Under the pieces are notes generated by a model. The model saw only the letters and a list, made by a program, of their open reading frames with translations, did not search any database and was not told the origin of the DNA. A stretch of DNA of 64,000 bases, taken from Naegleria gruberi (lineage: Eukaryota). This document shows, piece after piece, positions 1 to 11,240 of the stretch. A program made the translations under genes and the position numbers. Every line of letters starts with the position of its first letter. Position 1 is the first letter of the stretch. The DNA is taken from the NCBI GenBank assembly GCA_000004985.1, contig GG738859.1; one strand, written 5' to 3'.

Positions 1-28
1 AAGTGTTACAACACTTAATAATAATAGT

Positions 29-2179
29 TTGGACTCGAATCAAAATTTTTCATATTCCGATAACACAAAATCCGATATTTTAGGTTTATTTGATGATGAT
101 GATGATGAAGAGGATGATGATTATCAGGATTTGAACGAAGATGAAGATATAGAATTGGAAAATTTTGATTGGATCGATTGGGATGATATGATACTGCCTG
201 ATGATGAGTTTGATGGTAGTTCTAGTCAAGCTAAACGAGGAAGGAAGAAATATCAAAAGTTTGAAAAACCATCAGTTTTACCTAGTATACGACCCAAAAG
301 TCCAACAAAGCAGACAACAGCTAGCTCAAACTCTGTAAATATGTTAAACAATGTACAAATACCATCACAACCTTACCAATTTCCATTTCCACAGATTATG
401 GCACCTCAATTATTTCCACAAAGTGGTGCAACTAAGAATTTCAACCAATTTCCAATAGTTCCTTCTACGATATTTCCAACATATGACCTGATGTTCTCTA
501 GAGGAGTTAATTTGCCAAATGCATCAACAAGTAGTAATGTTGTGGCATCTTCATCTAATGCATCTGTTCCAACTCAATCAAGCCCATCAAGTCCTCCTTC
601 TTCCTCTAATAATTCAATATCCAGTATATTCTCATCCCAAAGTGTAATATCAGATGAGCAAATGAAGGAATTGCAATATCAAATTCAAACACATACTCAA
701 TTACTGTTTTATAACTATTTCCTATCAAGTTTTAATCAAGAATTAAAGGAATTGAACAAGAAATTCAAAAATCTCATCACTTCCTATTTAGTTATCAAGA
801 AAGAGGCTGTAAATAACAAAATGAGAAAATTATTATATTTATTTAATGTTTCTAAAGACGTTAAAATTGTAAATTTATTAGATGGATCAAAGAAGGTTAC
901 TCTAACCGAAAATTCATTCACTCCAAACGAAAGAAACGAAGAAAGAAATGTTGAAGAATGGATTGAACTGCTTACTACCTCAATACTGGATGTGGAAGGA
1001 ATTGATTCAATGGATATATTTATTGATTTTGACTATTCTTTCTTTTATATCAACAATCAAATTAATTGGGAATTATTTGTAAAATTTTTAAAACCTTTCA
1101 AGTTATTTTCAAATCAAAGCTTGTTAGCAGAAATACAGGAGAGTATTTACTACTTGAATACAACTGCAGAAAGAGGAATAGGATCTAAAAGAATGGTTTT
1201 TACAATACCTGAGGATAATTTACTCTTGATTGGCCTTAAAAAACATTGGAAACCTGGAACAACAATTAAGTGGGAAAGAATCAGAGATGAGTTCGTTCCA
1301 AACAAGTCATCGAAACAACTAAGAGTCAGATATAAAAATATGATAGGGAAAAGAGCAGCATCTCTAGAGTTTAATCCTTTCAAAACGTTCAGAACTATTG
1401 CAGAAGAAACAAACCAACAACATGAAGGTAGTGGTAGTACCAAAAAGAAAGATGATAGTCAAGTAGATTATTCATATTTATTCGAGTCAATCAAACTTTT
1501 TAAAATAACAAGCAAATTAACAAGGAAAGAGATTCCAGTAAGTTACAAAGACCTAAGCAAAATACACACCTATGTACCTAGAGATAATATTTCTGAATCA
1601 GAGTCAGATTTGGACCAAACAAAAGATACAGGCGAAAAGAAGAGAAAGAAGAATGAAAAAATCAATCCAAAGAAAAAGAAGAAACAAGATACAGAGGATA
1701 TAACATCCCTTGAAAATAATTTATTAACCACAGAAAAGATAGACCAAATAGTAGCAGTTCAACCACAAGTAGAAATTCCACCTATTATTGAAAATCCAAT
1801 AATTGAACAACCAATTAATCCATTGAATGAAAGTAGTCTCAGTGAAGTATTTTTGAAGCCTGATTTGGAGTTATCCACTTCAAAGATACTACCATTCGAA
1901 GATGTTGGATCGATTGACTCATCTTCTGATGAAGAAGATAATGTACATCATGTAGAAAAGGATTCTGAGATTATTCATGATGGAATAGTACACAAATTTA
2001 CATATGAGGACGATAGGCATATTTTGGTTACTCTTCAAACTAAGGGTCTTCAAATTGGAACGTTGATTGTTGGTGATGAATTTGATAGTGTTTTACTTGA
2101 TATTGCTAAGGAATTGAGTAGATCAAAACAAGTTATCAAAGCAAGATACAATAAGATTATCTCAATTAATAAGAAATAA
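29..2179 (+). CDS. Hypothetical acidic nuclear protein with a Myb/SANT-like domain; 5' end uncertain
   Basis: The 716-aa ORF has an acidic N-terminus. It has S/N/P-rich low complexity. It has a K/R-rich NLS-like stretch (KKRKKNEKINPKKKKKQ). A SANT/Myb-like segment reads FTIPEDNLLLIGLKKHWKPGTTIKWERIRDEFVPNKSSKQLRVRYKNM. The ORF starts on an alternative TTG (the ORF tool's M) directly after an in-frame TAA at 17-19. The true start is therefore either an internal Met (codon ~47) or lies upstream across an intron or the window edge. Confidence 0.45.
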   Translation: MDSNQNFSYSDNTKSDILGLFDDDDDEEDDDYQDLNEDEDIELENFDWIDWDDMILPDDEFDGSSSQAKRGRKKYQKFEKPSVLPSIRPKSPTKQTTASSNSVNMLNNVQIPSQPYQFPFPQIMAPQLFPQSGATKNFNQFPIVPSTIFPTYDLMFSRGVNLPNASTSSNVVASSSNASVPTQSSPSSPPSSSNNSISSIFSSQSVISDEQMKELQYQIQTHTQLLFYNYFLSSFNQELKELNKKFKNLITSYLVIKKEAVNNKMRKLLYLFNVSKDVKIVNLLDGSKKVTLTENSFTPNERNEERNVEEWIELLTTSILDVEGIDSMDIFIDFDYSFFYINNQINWELFVKFLKPFKLFSNQSLLAEIQESIYYLNTTAERGIGSKRMVFTIPEDNLLLIGLKKHWKPGTTIKWERIRDEFVPNKSSKQLRVRYKNMIGKRAASLEFNPFKTFRTIAEETNQQHEGSGSTKKKDDSQVDYSYLFESIKLFKITSKLTRKEIPVSYKDLSKIHTYVPRDNISESESDLDQTKDTGEKKRKKNEKINPKKKKKQDTEDITSLENNLLTTEKIDQIVAVQPQVEIPPIIENPIIEQPINPLNESSLSEVFLKPDLELSTSKILPFEDVGSIDSSSDEEDNVHHVEKDSEIIHDGIVHKFTYEDDRHILVTLQTKGLQIGTLIVGDEFDSVLLDIAKELSRSKQVIKARYNKIISINKK
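91..122 (+). repeat. Imperfect (GAT)n / GAA-GAG trinucleotide run encoding a poly-Asp/Glu tract inside the first CDS
   Basis: Direct reading: gatgatgatgatgatgaagaggatgatgat; translated DDDDDEEDDD in the ORF at 29..2179. Confidence 0.6.
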
Positions 2180-2192
2180 ATTGATAAATATT

Positions 2193-5100
2193 TTATTCAG
2201 CTAATAACTTTTTGATTGATGTTGCAAGAGTAAGTAGTGATTGATTTCCAATATCTGAGACTTTGTTGACTGCAACCATCAACATGTCTTCTCGTTTCAG
2301 TTTTGCTATCATCTTGGAATTACTTTGGCAAATAATTAGCAAAATGTTAAGCATATAATTACAAATTCTAGTCACACTCTCATCAATTTCATTAGTTTCC
2401 TCGAATGAATTTACATGATTGAGAAGAATTTTACGGATGAGTCCCAAAACTTGTTGTGAAAATAATTGTTCATGAGTTGAGGAATATTGTTGAGCCAATA
2501 GGAGAACAACATGACATGCTGACTCAGCTATGGTTAAATCTTCATGAGAACAGAGTTTCATGAAAACTTGAAGGTTGTCAACCAATGCTTCATTGTTTTG
2601 AACCAATGTTTCAGCTGCTTGTTTAGAGTCATCTCCCTTATTCTTTGAAGAATGAACAAGTTTTGCTGCCTTATATAAAAGATTGTCGACTATACCTAAA
2701 CAAGGTTCAAAGAAAGTATCTACACCATTTTCAAAGGCGTACTTCAAAACAGCACTCAATTTTGTGATTATACCAAGCTTGAAGAGTTGATCTGAAGTCA
2801 AAACTTCTGCATTTACAACCTTCAAAATCAATCTAACATTGTGTACGTTGTTATTTCTATGTTCTAACTCGAAGAATTCAAACAGCTTTGGAATTATATT
2901 AAAGTGGTGAATAACACCAATGAAGCCTGGGTTGTGTTCAGCAATGTTATTCAATAACTTTAATCCATACAATGGAATAGGGTCTTGATCATCCAGTATT
3001 TGTTTGTACTTTGGCAAAACATTCTTTACGATGAAATCATTAATTTGTTTTGTACACTCGTGGTTAGGATCTTCAATACTATAAACATTCTTATCATTCA
3101 AGAATTGAACAAGAATATCAGTGAAAATCTTCAAACACAAGAATCTCACATCACCATTAGAATTATTGAGCATATCTACTAATGATGGTAACAAAGAATT
3201 AACAACAACTTTGTGGAAGGAAGCAGTGGTTGGCTGTCTTGAAAGGGCTTCAATAACCAAAAGTATAGAGTTGGAAGATTCTTCAGTACCTGACTTGGAT
3301 CCTAATTGAGTCAAAAGTTTTGATAGTTGGAGCAAAACGTTCTCTGTTATCATCTTTTCGCTCAGGGAAGGGGTAGTCATTACGAGCAAAACAAATTCAA
3401 GAGTCTTGTTTTGATTTGCTGCAGATGTTGATGTCATACCCTTATCAAGTTGTTGGGAGACTTGTTGAAGAAGGGTTGGAATCATTTCAGCAATACTATC
3501 AAGAACTCCAGCCATACATGTCTTGACATATTGTTCCTTCTCTTTGTTCATCATTCTATCCAAGCAAGCACATAGCTTTGGACCGAAATTCTTCACGATA
3601 AATGTTGGATTGCTCTTTGAGATGATGAAATATGTAATAAGAGCCTTAGCTCTGATTGTATAATTAGAGTGATCAACTAAAGAGGATAAGCTTTCTTCAA
3701 ATGCTGGATCTTCTATTAATTGTTTGCATTGCTTAGTGTTGCTATCAGTCAAAATTGCAAGATTAATAATATTGACTGCAGATTGTTGAACTCTAATATT
3801 ACTGTCCTTTAAAAGAGCAGCAATTTTCTTTGGCGTTATTAAATCAATAAGTTGTGAAGAAAGATTGGACTTATTTCTTGACATTCTAGAAAGTGATGAG
3901 ATAGCACTTCCTCTCAAGAATTCATTCTTACTGGTATTGAAAATTTGGAGAAGGGAAGAGATACAATCAATTGTGGCAAACTTTTGAGAGTATTGAGGAC
4001 TTTGGGCAGCAATATTTTCAATTGTTTTTGTGGCATAATGTTGAACAACTTCATCAGCATACTTAAGACTTTCAACAACTGTACTAACAATTGATACAGG
4101 TAAATCAACAAGGGTGATTTCCTTTTGATTTTGGGAAGGAATCTGTGTAGCAACATAGAACACCAATTCTCCTAAGCAGGCCAGTGCTCTTCTCTTTACC
4201 TTTACACCATTGTCCTTCATGACAAGTTCTACAAAGACGTCGAATATTTCATTATTAAGGAGATCTCCGGAAATGTATGTTGCATGTCTTACCAAAAGAC
4301 CAGTAACAGAACATAATCTAACTCTGAGCATTGGAGACTTGTAAGCTCTTAGCATTTTAATGAACAACTTCATCAAGGAGCTGTTAACAAGCAAGTTAGA
4401 TGATTGGGTATCTGTGCAAAGTGTTTCAAAATAGCACAAACAATTCAATTTCATAGTATTGTCTCCATTTCCTCCAAGAGCTTTGTAAATTTGAGTAAGG
4501 AATCCTTCCAGCTCTTTTTGAGGCATGTTTAAAACCTTCTTGAGAGGATGAGGTTCAAAAGGAAGTTTAGTTTTGTCGAACTTTGGACTAGTAACTTTTT
4601 CAATTCTGGAGTTCATGATAATTGGTTTGACATAGGTGTCGGATTGGTTGAACATTAATTTTTGAACTTCTTGGATGGAAAGTTTGATGTTAGCGATATT
4701 TGATTGGGAGGTAGATCTTCTGATCATTGGTTCTCCAGTTGGTTCCTTAGAACTATTTCCTCTTGTTTCTGAGGAATCACTAAAACCTTGTTCTTCGTCA
4801 TCTAACTCTGCCTTCTCTTTAGAAAGTTCATCACCACTATCTCCATCGGATTCATCGAAATTATATTCAATATCTGTGACTTTCTTAGTGGATGGTTTTT
4901 CTGAAGATCTTCCATCATAACTAGGACCCAACTCTTTTTCAAGATTGGATTGGACAATCTTTGAAAGTCTCATTACATTCTCGCTTTTTGAGGTTTTTTG
5001 GGAAGAAACAACCTTAACACTATTCAGATAAACAGGAGAAGGAGCTAAATATTTTCTTAATTCTTCTGGAGGTGGTGCTGCCTTTTCTCTCCAAAATTTG

Positions 5101-5973
5101 TGATCTCTTAGGTCATCCCATGAAATTCTATCTGTTGGATGTTTTTGTAATAATGATCTAATAAGAGAATTCAATTCTTCACTACAATTTTCCAAAGGCT
5201 TCAATTCCGAGTTCAAAATTAATTCCATAGTTTGTTCAGGTGTCGATCCAACATAAGGAGGTTGTCCAGAAGCCATCTCATAAAGAATACATCCAAGAGA
5301 CCAAAAATCCGAGTAAATTGAATGGATTCCTCCCATCAATAATTCTGGAGCTGTGTAACAAAGAGTTCCTCTTTTAAGTTTACCATCATTTACAGTTTTA
5401 TCAGTCGATGGTGTTGATGTAGCTAAACTTTGATCAATGTCCTTCATTAATTTAGATAATCCAAAACCACTTAATTTTAAAATACCACAACCATCAATAA
5501 GGATGTTTGAAGGTTTTAAATCACAATAAACTACACCTCTTGAATGAACATATCTACAACTCGTTAAACTATCCGCTTCATATAAATTTACTTACTGAAG
5601 GCCACTGATGATATCCAAAGCAAAAAGATGAATTGTATCTTCGGGAAGTTTATGATCTTGACTTAAAACTGTCATTAAATCTCCAGTACAAAATTCTACA
5701 ATAATCCAATAATGATTCGTTGTTTCATACCAACTATAAAATTTTAATACATTTGTATGAGAAAGCATATTCAAAACTTTTGCCTTAAATTTGTTATTGT
5801 TTTAAATAAAATTATTGTATGATGGCGGAACGTACCTCTGTAAACACCTTTTGTTTATGGTGTTTCTCTATACATTTTACAGCAGCATATTCTATAGTTT
5901 TTCTTTTTCTACCTTTATAAACTACAGAACTGCTACCCTTTCCAATCTCTTCGTAGATTTGAAAGTTATCCAT
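2193..5973 (-). CDS. ULK4: ULK4-like Ser/Thr pseudokinase with a C-terminal ARM/HEAT-repeat region; 3 exons
   Basis: Exon 1 (~5835..5973) encodes MDNFQIYEEIGKGSSSVVYKGRKRKTIEYAAVKCIEKHHKQKVFTE. A 51-nt intron follows (GTACGT...TTTAAG). Exon 2 (~5588..5783) encodes AKVLNMLSHTNVLKFYSWYETTNHYWIIVEFCTGDLMTVLSQDHKLPEDTIHLFALDIISGL. A ~36-nt intron follows (GTAAGT...AACGAG). Exon 3 (2193..~5551) encodes HCRYVHSRGVVYCDLKPSNILIDGCGILKLSGFGLSKL...GTLCYTAPELL...SDFWSLGCILYEM...DRISWDDLRDHKFW, then ~900 aa of helical repeats. Order and motifs match the human ULK4 layout (MENFILYEEIGRGS..., EWYETSNHLW, LPED, CTGG), recalled from memory. The DFG aspartate is replaced (GFG). Confidence 0.85.
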
Positions 5974-6065
5974 TTTTTTTTAAACCTAATTTTTGCGCCA
6001 AAATCGTAACAAGTCAAAACATCAAGTTTGAATCTTTTGCATTTGATATACAATGATAATATATA

Positions 6066-7808
6066 TTAGTCTGTTGTTGTTGGTTTATTAGTAGCCTTTT
6101 CTCTTAAAATTTGATTGACTAAAGATGGTGATGCATTACCCTTCGAAAGTTTAATCACTTGTGCAACTAAAAATTGGAATACATTTTCCTTACCATTTCT
6201 AAGGTTTCCAACTTCTGTTGGATGTTCAGCGATAATCTTATCACATAACTCTCCAATAACATTCTTGTCTGTTATTTGTCTCCAACCATTCTTTTCTGCA
6301 ATATCCAGTGCCATCTCTCCACTCTTTTCATCAAACATTATCTTGATAATCTTCTTTGCCATTTTACCAGAGATATCTTCATGTTGAATAGCTTCAACAA
6401 TCGATCCAATTTGAATATATGATACAGGACTATCACTTAGTGTGATTTCAGATGCATTGAGTAAACCCATAAGCTCACTAGCAATCCAGTTAGCAACAAG
6501 TTTTGGATTCAATTTAGATGACCATCTAGAATCATGCAAAATTGTCTCAAAGAATTCAACTCCTCCATTATTGGTCAATAAAATATTGGCATCATAGAAA
6601 TTCAAATTGTATGGTTCACTTGTCAACTTTTCGACAATATCATCAGGAAGAGATGGAATAGTAGTTTTAACAGATTCAACATAATCTTCAGTAAGTTCTA
6701 CATATGGCAAATCTGGATCTGGGAAGAACTTGTAGTCTGGAATATTTTCCTTACTTCTTAAAAGTAAAGTTTCTCCCTTTTTGGCATCAAATGTTCTGGT
6801 TTGTTGTTCAATTTTTTGTCCATTTGTCAATAATTCGATATGTCTCTTGATTTCAAAATCAATAGCACGAGGAATATTGTTAGCACTGGAAATATTCTTG
6901 ACTTCACATCTAGTACCACTTAGTGGGTGATCACCAGCTGATGCATTGTATACTGATACGTTAACATCACATCTCAAACTACCTTCTTCCATATTACCAT
7001 CACATGTTCCAATATGTCTCAACATGAATTGAAGTTTTTTAACAAATAATTCAGCCTCCAAACTTGAATTCAAATCTGGATAGGTAATAATTTCCATCAA
7101 TGGATTACCAGCTCTATTTAAATCAATTAAGGTATTATCCAAATCATGAACAGATTTACCAGAATCTTGTTCAACTTGAATACGAGCAATTCTAATATAC
7201 TTTGGTTTATATGTACCATCTCCTTGTGGAATGTCAATTCTCAATTTACCTTCAGAAACTAGAGGATAAAATTGTTGAGTAATTTGATATCCAAGTGGAA
7301 GATCAGGATAAAAGTAATGTTTTCTGTCGAATTGAGAGTATAAATTAATTTTTCCTCCAACAGCTAATCCAGTCTTAACTGCTTGTCTGATACAGTATTC
7401 GTTCAATGAAGGTAAAGTACCAGGAAAAGAAGCATCAAACAAAGTGACATTTACGTTTGGCATGGAGTTTGTAAACTCTGTTGAACTTGTTGAAAAGAGT
7501 TTGCTCTTAGATTTAATTTGAGCGTGAATTTCCAATCCAATAACAGGTTTATATCCTTTTAAAACACTTTCATCTCCACTTGTGTGTAAATACTTCTTGT
7601 TTGTGTGCATTTCATGTTCTCTTCTTCTCTTTTCCTTGATAGTTTCCGTAACATGAACAGTTTTATGATATTGTCTTGAATTTAGTGATGAAATATTATT
7701 AAATAAAATAGAAGATTGTTTTGGTAGACATGTTTGCACACATTTCGATGATGATGACTTGACAGAGTTTCGGGATGAGTATTTAATGCCTTTGATAATT
7801 GCTCGCAT
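6066..7808 (-). CDS. GATB: Glutamyl-tRNA(Gln) amidotransferase subunit B, mitochondrial (GatB/PET112 family)
   Basis: The 580-aa single ORF carries GatB signatures: VIGLEIHAQI, FDRKHYFYPDLPLGYQITQQ, IRIARIQVEQDSGKS, NRAGNPLMEIITYPD, GNMEEGSLRCDVNVS, GTRCEVKNISS, FDAKKGETLLLRSKE..DYKFFPDPDLP. A basic, hydroxylated N-terminal extension is consistent with a mitochondrial presequence. Confidence 0.9.
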   Translation of the reverse strand: MRAIIKGIKYSSRNSVKSSSSKCVQTCLPKQSSILFNNISSLNSRQYHKTVHVTETIKEKRRREHEMHTNKKYLHTSGDESVLKGYKPVIGLEIHAQIKSKSKLFSTSSTEFTNSMPNVNVTLFDASFPGTLPSLNEYCIRQAVKTGLAVGGKINLYSQFDRKHYFYPDLPLGYQITQQFYPLVSEGKLRIDIPQGDGTYKPKYIRIARIQVEQDSGKSVHDLDNTLIDLNRAGNPLMEIITYPDLNSSLEAELFVKKLQFMLRHIGTCDGNMEEGSLRCDVNVSVYNASAGDHPLSGTRCEVKNISSANNIPRAIDFEIKRHIELLTNGQKIEQQTRTFDAKKGETLLLRSKENIPDYKFFPDPDLPYVELTEDYVESVKTTIPSLPDDIVEKLTSEPYNLNFYDANILLTNNGGVEFFETILHDSRWSSKLNPKLVANWIASELMGLLNASEITLSDSPVSYIQIGSIVEAIQHEDISGKMAKKIIKIMFDEKSGEMALDIAEKNGWRQITDKNVIGELCDKIIAEHPTEVGNLRNGKENVFQFLVAQVIKLSKGNASPSLVNQILREKATNKPTTTD

Positions 7809-7857
7809 TTTTTTAATATTTGAATTTAATAATTAAAATAATATTAAATTATTTATT

Positions 7858-10402
7858 TAATCTGAAAAAACTTGTTTAAACTCTGTTTGTTTTAATTCTT
7901 TACAATCCTCAATCTTCTTATCAATTATTGATTTGACTTCCTTAGCAATCTTGAAATCATCAAACACCAATTTTTTATCAAAAAGAACTAGTGGAGATCC
8001 AAGTTGTTTCCTTTCTGCCACAAGTCTCATTGAAAACTTGTTTTGCTCATTTGTTTTCAGCTAAGCAATAAAATTGTAAGAATAACTATGATATAAATAA
8101 ATAACATACATCAACAGTAAATAATGGAACAGTTTCTTCCACAATTCCAAAACCAATCCTATTAACGTCAACAGTTACAATGTAGAGATAGTTTGCATCA
8201 AAGAAAATATGGCGCATTTCTCTATTATCCTTTTTGGTTGGAGTAACATGACCAACAGGTGTGTTTACATTTGTTCTAGTTGGAGTACCTCCAGGAGCTT
8301 TCTTTGGTGAGCTAGGAACCATTTGAGGAAATGTAATTGGAGAAGTAATACTGCAGCGAATAGTTTCTCTATTGATCATAACAGCTTCCTCTCCAGGACA
8401 ATATTCTGGTTTTGGATTAATAATATCTGAGAGTGATACTAGTTTTTCTCTCCCTAAAATGAGCTTACTCAAAATTGGAGATTTGCATACAAACTCATAT
8501 ATCAATAAAAATTCATGAATTTCAAATCTAGTATTTGTCTCGATCTTCTTATTTGATTTTTGAAGTGGTATTTGATCAAATGGTGATTGTGAAGTTTCGT
8601 TTTCTTCATAATTCATTAATGTAGAAATATCAGAAACAGTGGCATCTGATCTTAAAGAGAATAATCTTTGGTATTGTGTAAATTCCACTTGTAGTTCATC
8701 CAAAAAGTCAAATACACTCAGTTCTGTAAATAATTTTTTCATAACCTCCTTGCACTTGGAAAATTGCTTCTTCAGGGTCGGAAGATAATTTTCAATGTAT
8801 AATGAATTGGTTTCATCCAAACTACTCCATAATGCTGTCAAAATTCTATAAATCATATGGTATGTATTAATTCTCGTTGGTGCACTATGTCCCATCAAGT
8901 AGGTAATAGTGTTAAAGAAACAATTGTCTGACTGATCAAAAGATGACTGATTAACTTCAGAAACTTTAGCCATTCCAATTGTCAATAACGGACCTGTTGG
9001 TGTTGCTGTTATTATTTCTGAATCAATAATATTTGATTATTTGAATTACTTACATTCATTCACAATCATAGAATACATAAAACATAATGAACTCAGTAAT
9101 AGTGACTCATTATCGTTCCTCCTTTGAACTTGATCGAATACCATTTCAATAAATGAATTTTCACATCCTATCTCTTTTGAAAACAGTAGATAAGTTAATC
9201 TCTCTATTAATTCTTCATTTGTAAAAACAGAATAAACTTGAGAAATACAATATAAAATTGTTTCCAATAATAATCCAAACTTATTATCAATGTGATTATG
9301 TTCCTCATCGCTACAAGAGAAACTTATAATTGAATCCCTAATTACTTTCTTGATTGTCAAATCTACAATGGATTCTGTTAATTTTTCATCCATTCCTTCT
9401 ATTTTTGTATTGTAAATATCCTTTAAATAGTATAAATGATCCAACAAATCTGCTGAATAGTCCTCTAACATCCTTATTTGTGACTTGTTTTCTCTTGATT
9501 TAATTATTATATAATTCAAGGAAGAAAGTTGATCTATGAAAAAGTCTGCCAATAAAGAAAAATATGGTGTGGAAACTACATATTTGTGGAGTGCCACATC
9601 ATTGACTTGAGAGAGTTAAATTTTAAAATCCTTGTCAACCTACCACTGTATGTATTCAATGTGATTGTTCTTACTGCAATTCTGATCATGCTATCGGTGT
9701 GATTACAGAACTTTATAGCTTGATCATAAAGAGGGAATCTAGAATTAACCTGAAAATTATTAATACTATCAAATTCATATGAAAACATACGCTGTCAAAA
9801 AAGAATTGAATCATTGATTTGTCAAATTTCAAAGAAATTGTTTTCAGGAAATTAATGTAATAAGCCAAAAGTTCTTCATCCGCAAAATCCAAAGGGTGGT
9901 TAATCAATTCATTGATGTGATTATTGGAGAGTAAAAAATCTAACAAGAAAATTAATTTCCAATGATCATCGAATGTATGTACATACACAGGGAATTTTTG
10001 TTGTTCATATTTTGAATCATAATACTAATAGATTGAATTAATTGTTTCTTGACGTGATTAGGTGAGTTCGGTTGTGATAGTACGTTGAAAAAGAAGTGAA
10101 AGACATTCCTCTCCAAAAACAAGCTTTTCAAAAATTATTATAATTATGTCCGATAAACTTACTCCCAAAATCTTTCATTATGTTTGTCTCCCCACACCAT
10201 CAACTCGGAAATAGATCGTAAAGTTTCAATGACAACATCCGAATTTAATTCATTTATCACTTTGTTTTGTTCCAACACATCACATAATTTACTATTAATA
10301 TTATAAATCCGAATCCATCACATGATGATTGACTTACTTGAGCGTCTCCAAAGAAAATTTTTGAGGTGTTTGCACAAACAAACCCGAGATGAGCTTCCTC
10401 AT
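7858..10402 (-). CDS. CLEC16A: CLEC16A/Ema-like protein (FPL domain), multi-exon
   Basis: Exon 1 is [21 protein letters not shown] (ATG at 10402..10400). After a GTAAGT intron comes [43 protein letters not shown], which follows human ETIRSITEILIWGDQNDSSVFDFF. Further exons (ORFs 9713..9988, 9576..9788, 9046..9597, 8086..8985) carry [20 protein letters not shown] and the FPL signature [34 protein letters not shown] last exon (~7858..8054) follows a GTATGT...GCTTAG intron and ends ...[11 protein letters not shown]. Internal exon boundaries were not all resolved. Confidence 0.7.
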
Positions 10403-11240
10403 TTTTTTAAATTATTAAATACCTCAGCTACAGCTCAATTTCGATTTAGAGTGTTACGTTCAACACAATTAATTGAAATATTTAACCAATATGTCACTTA
10501 TTTATTATAATTTTAAAATTAATAATACTGTACTAAAACTATTATCTATTTTCCAAATAATAATATATATTTTCTAAATACATTTCAGTTCAACACACAA
10601 TACGATTGAACCAAAGTGATCAGTATTAGGTTACAGAGTTGTAGTGACCATTTTTACAATGACTAATTCATTCGTCATCCATTCTTTGTTTTAATACAAT
10701 GATCTTCAGATTGTATGTTTCAGAATAAGTGGTATGAGAGAGAACACTGTTGTTCTGTTACCCAATAAATTGAATAGATATTCAATGTAAATCACACAAG
10801 ATCCTCGTGTTGTTTGACAAACAACGCAATAAAGGCCCTATTTAAAAGTTAAAAAGGTTGCATCTTGTGCCGACAACTCTTCCAAAATCAAGAGTCTTTT
10901 CAACCGCAATTACAGTACTTTTGTACCAGCATCACAAAATTCTTTATCATTGTAAAGCATTTTTACGCAAGCATCCAAGAGCTTCAACAACCTATCCCAC
11001 CAATCTGTTGTGGGGTAAAAAATCCTGAAAAAAATTCTAGCGTTTCACCCTCTCGTTTTTCATCCCACACTTCTCCATTTCCCTCCATTTTAAAATCATA
11101 TTGGGTATCTCCATTCAGTTCCTGTCTGATACAATCACACTAGTTCTTCAAAAACTGTGATTTACCTTCCTGTATATACACAAAACATCCTTTACGAGAG
11201 ACTAATTTTTTCTTCTTGTACAATTATAATTTAAAACAAA
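10403..11240. promoter_or_regulatory. Divergent (bidirectional) intergenic promoter region between CLEC16A (-) and PP2A-B55 (+)
   Basis: This ~840-bp A+T-rich spacer sits between two divergently oriented start codons. It contains only short, low-complexity ORFs (e.g. 10865..11143). Inferred from gene arrangement, not from a recognised motif. Confidence 0.3.

Noticed and set aside
1150-1443. Antisense short ORFs embedded in long genes, 60-140 aa each: 1150..1443 (-), 2985..3182 (+), 3914..4156 (-), 4675..4920 (+), 14853..15278 (-), 15291..15695 (-), 24021..24413 (-), 34336..34530 (+), 57558..58019 (-), 60321..60683 (+), 62449..62772 (+) and similar
   Set aside because: They lie entirely within, and opposite or out of frame to, long conserved CDSs (dynein, ULK4, CENP-C, the PEVK-like gene). 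Their low-complexity, hydrophobic or Ser/Leu/Phe-rich composition is typical of chance ORFs on the complement of AT-rich coding DNA.
8086-9988. Treating ORFs 8086..8985, 9046..9597, 9576..9788 and 9713..9988 as four separate genes
   Set aside because: Their products are consecutive segments of CLEC16A (FPL domain and downstream conserved regions). They are linked by short GT...AG introns, so they are exons of one gene.
10865-11143. 92-aa ORF in the CLEC16A/PP2A-B55 divergent spacer
   Set aside because: Its composition is low-complexity and Ser/Phe/Gln-rich. It sits in promoter DNA between two well-supported divergent genes. No recognisable domain.
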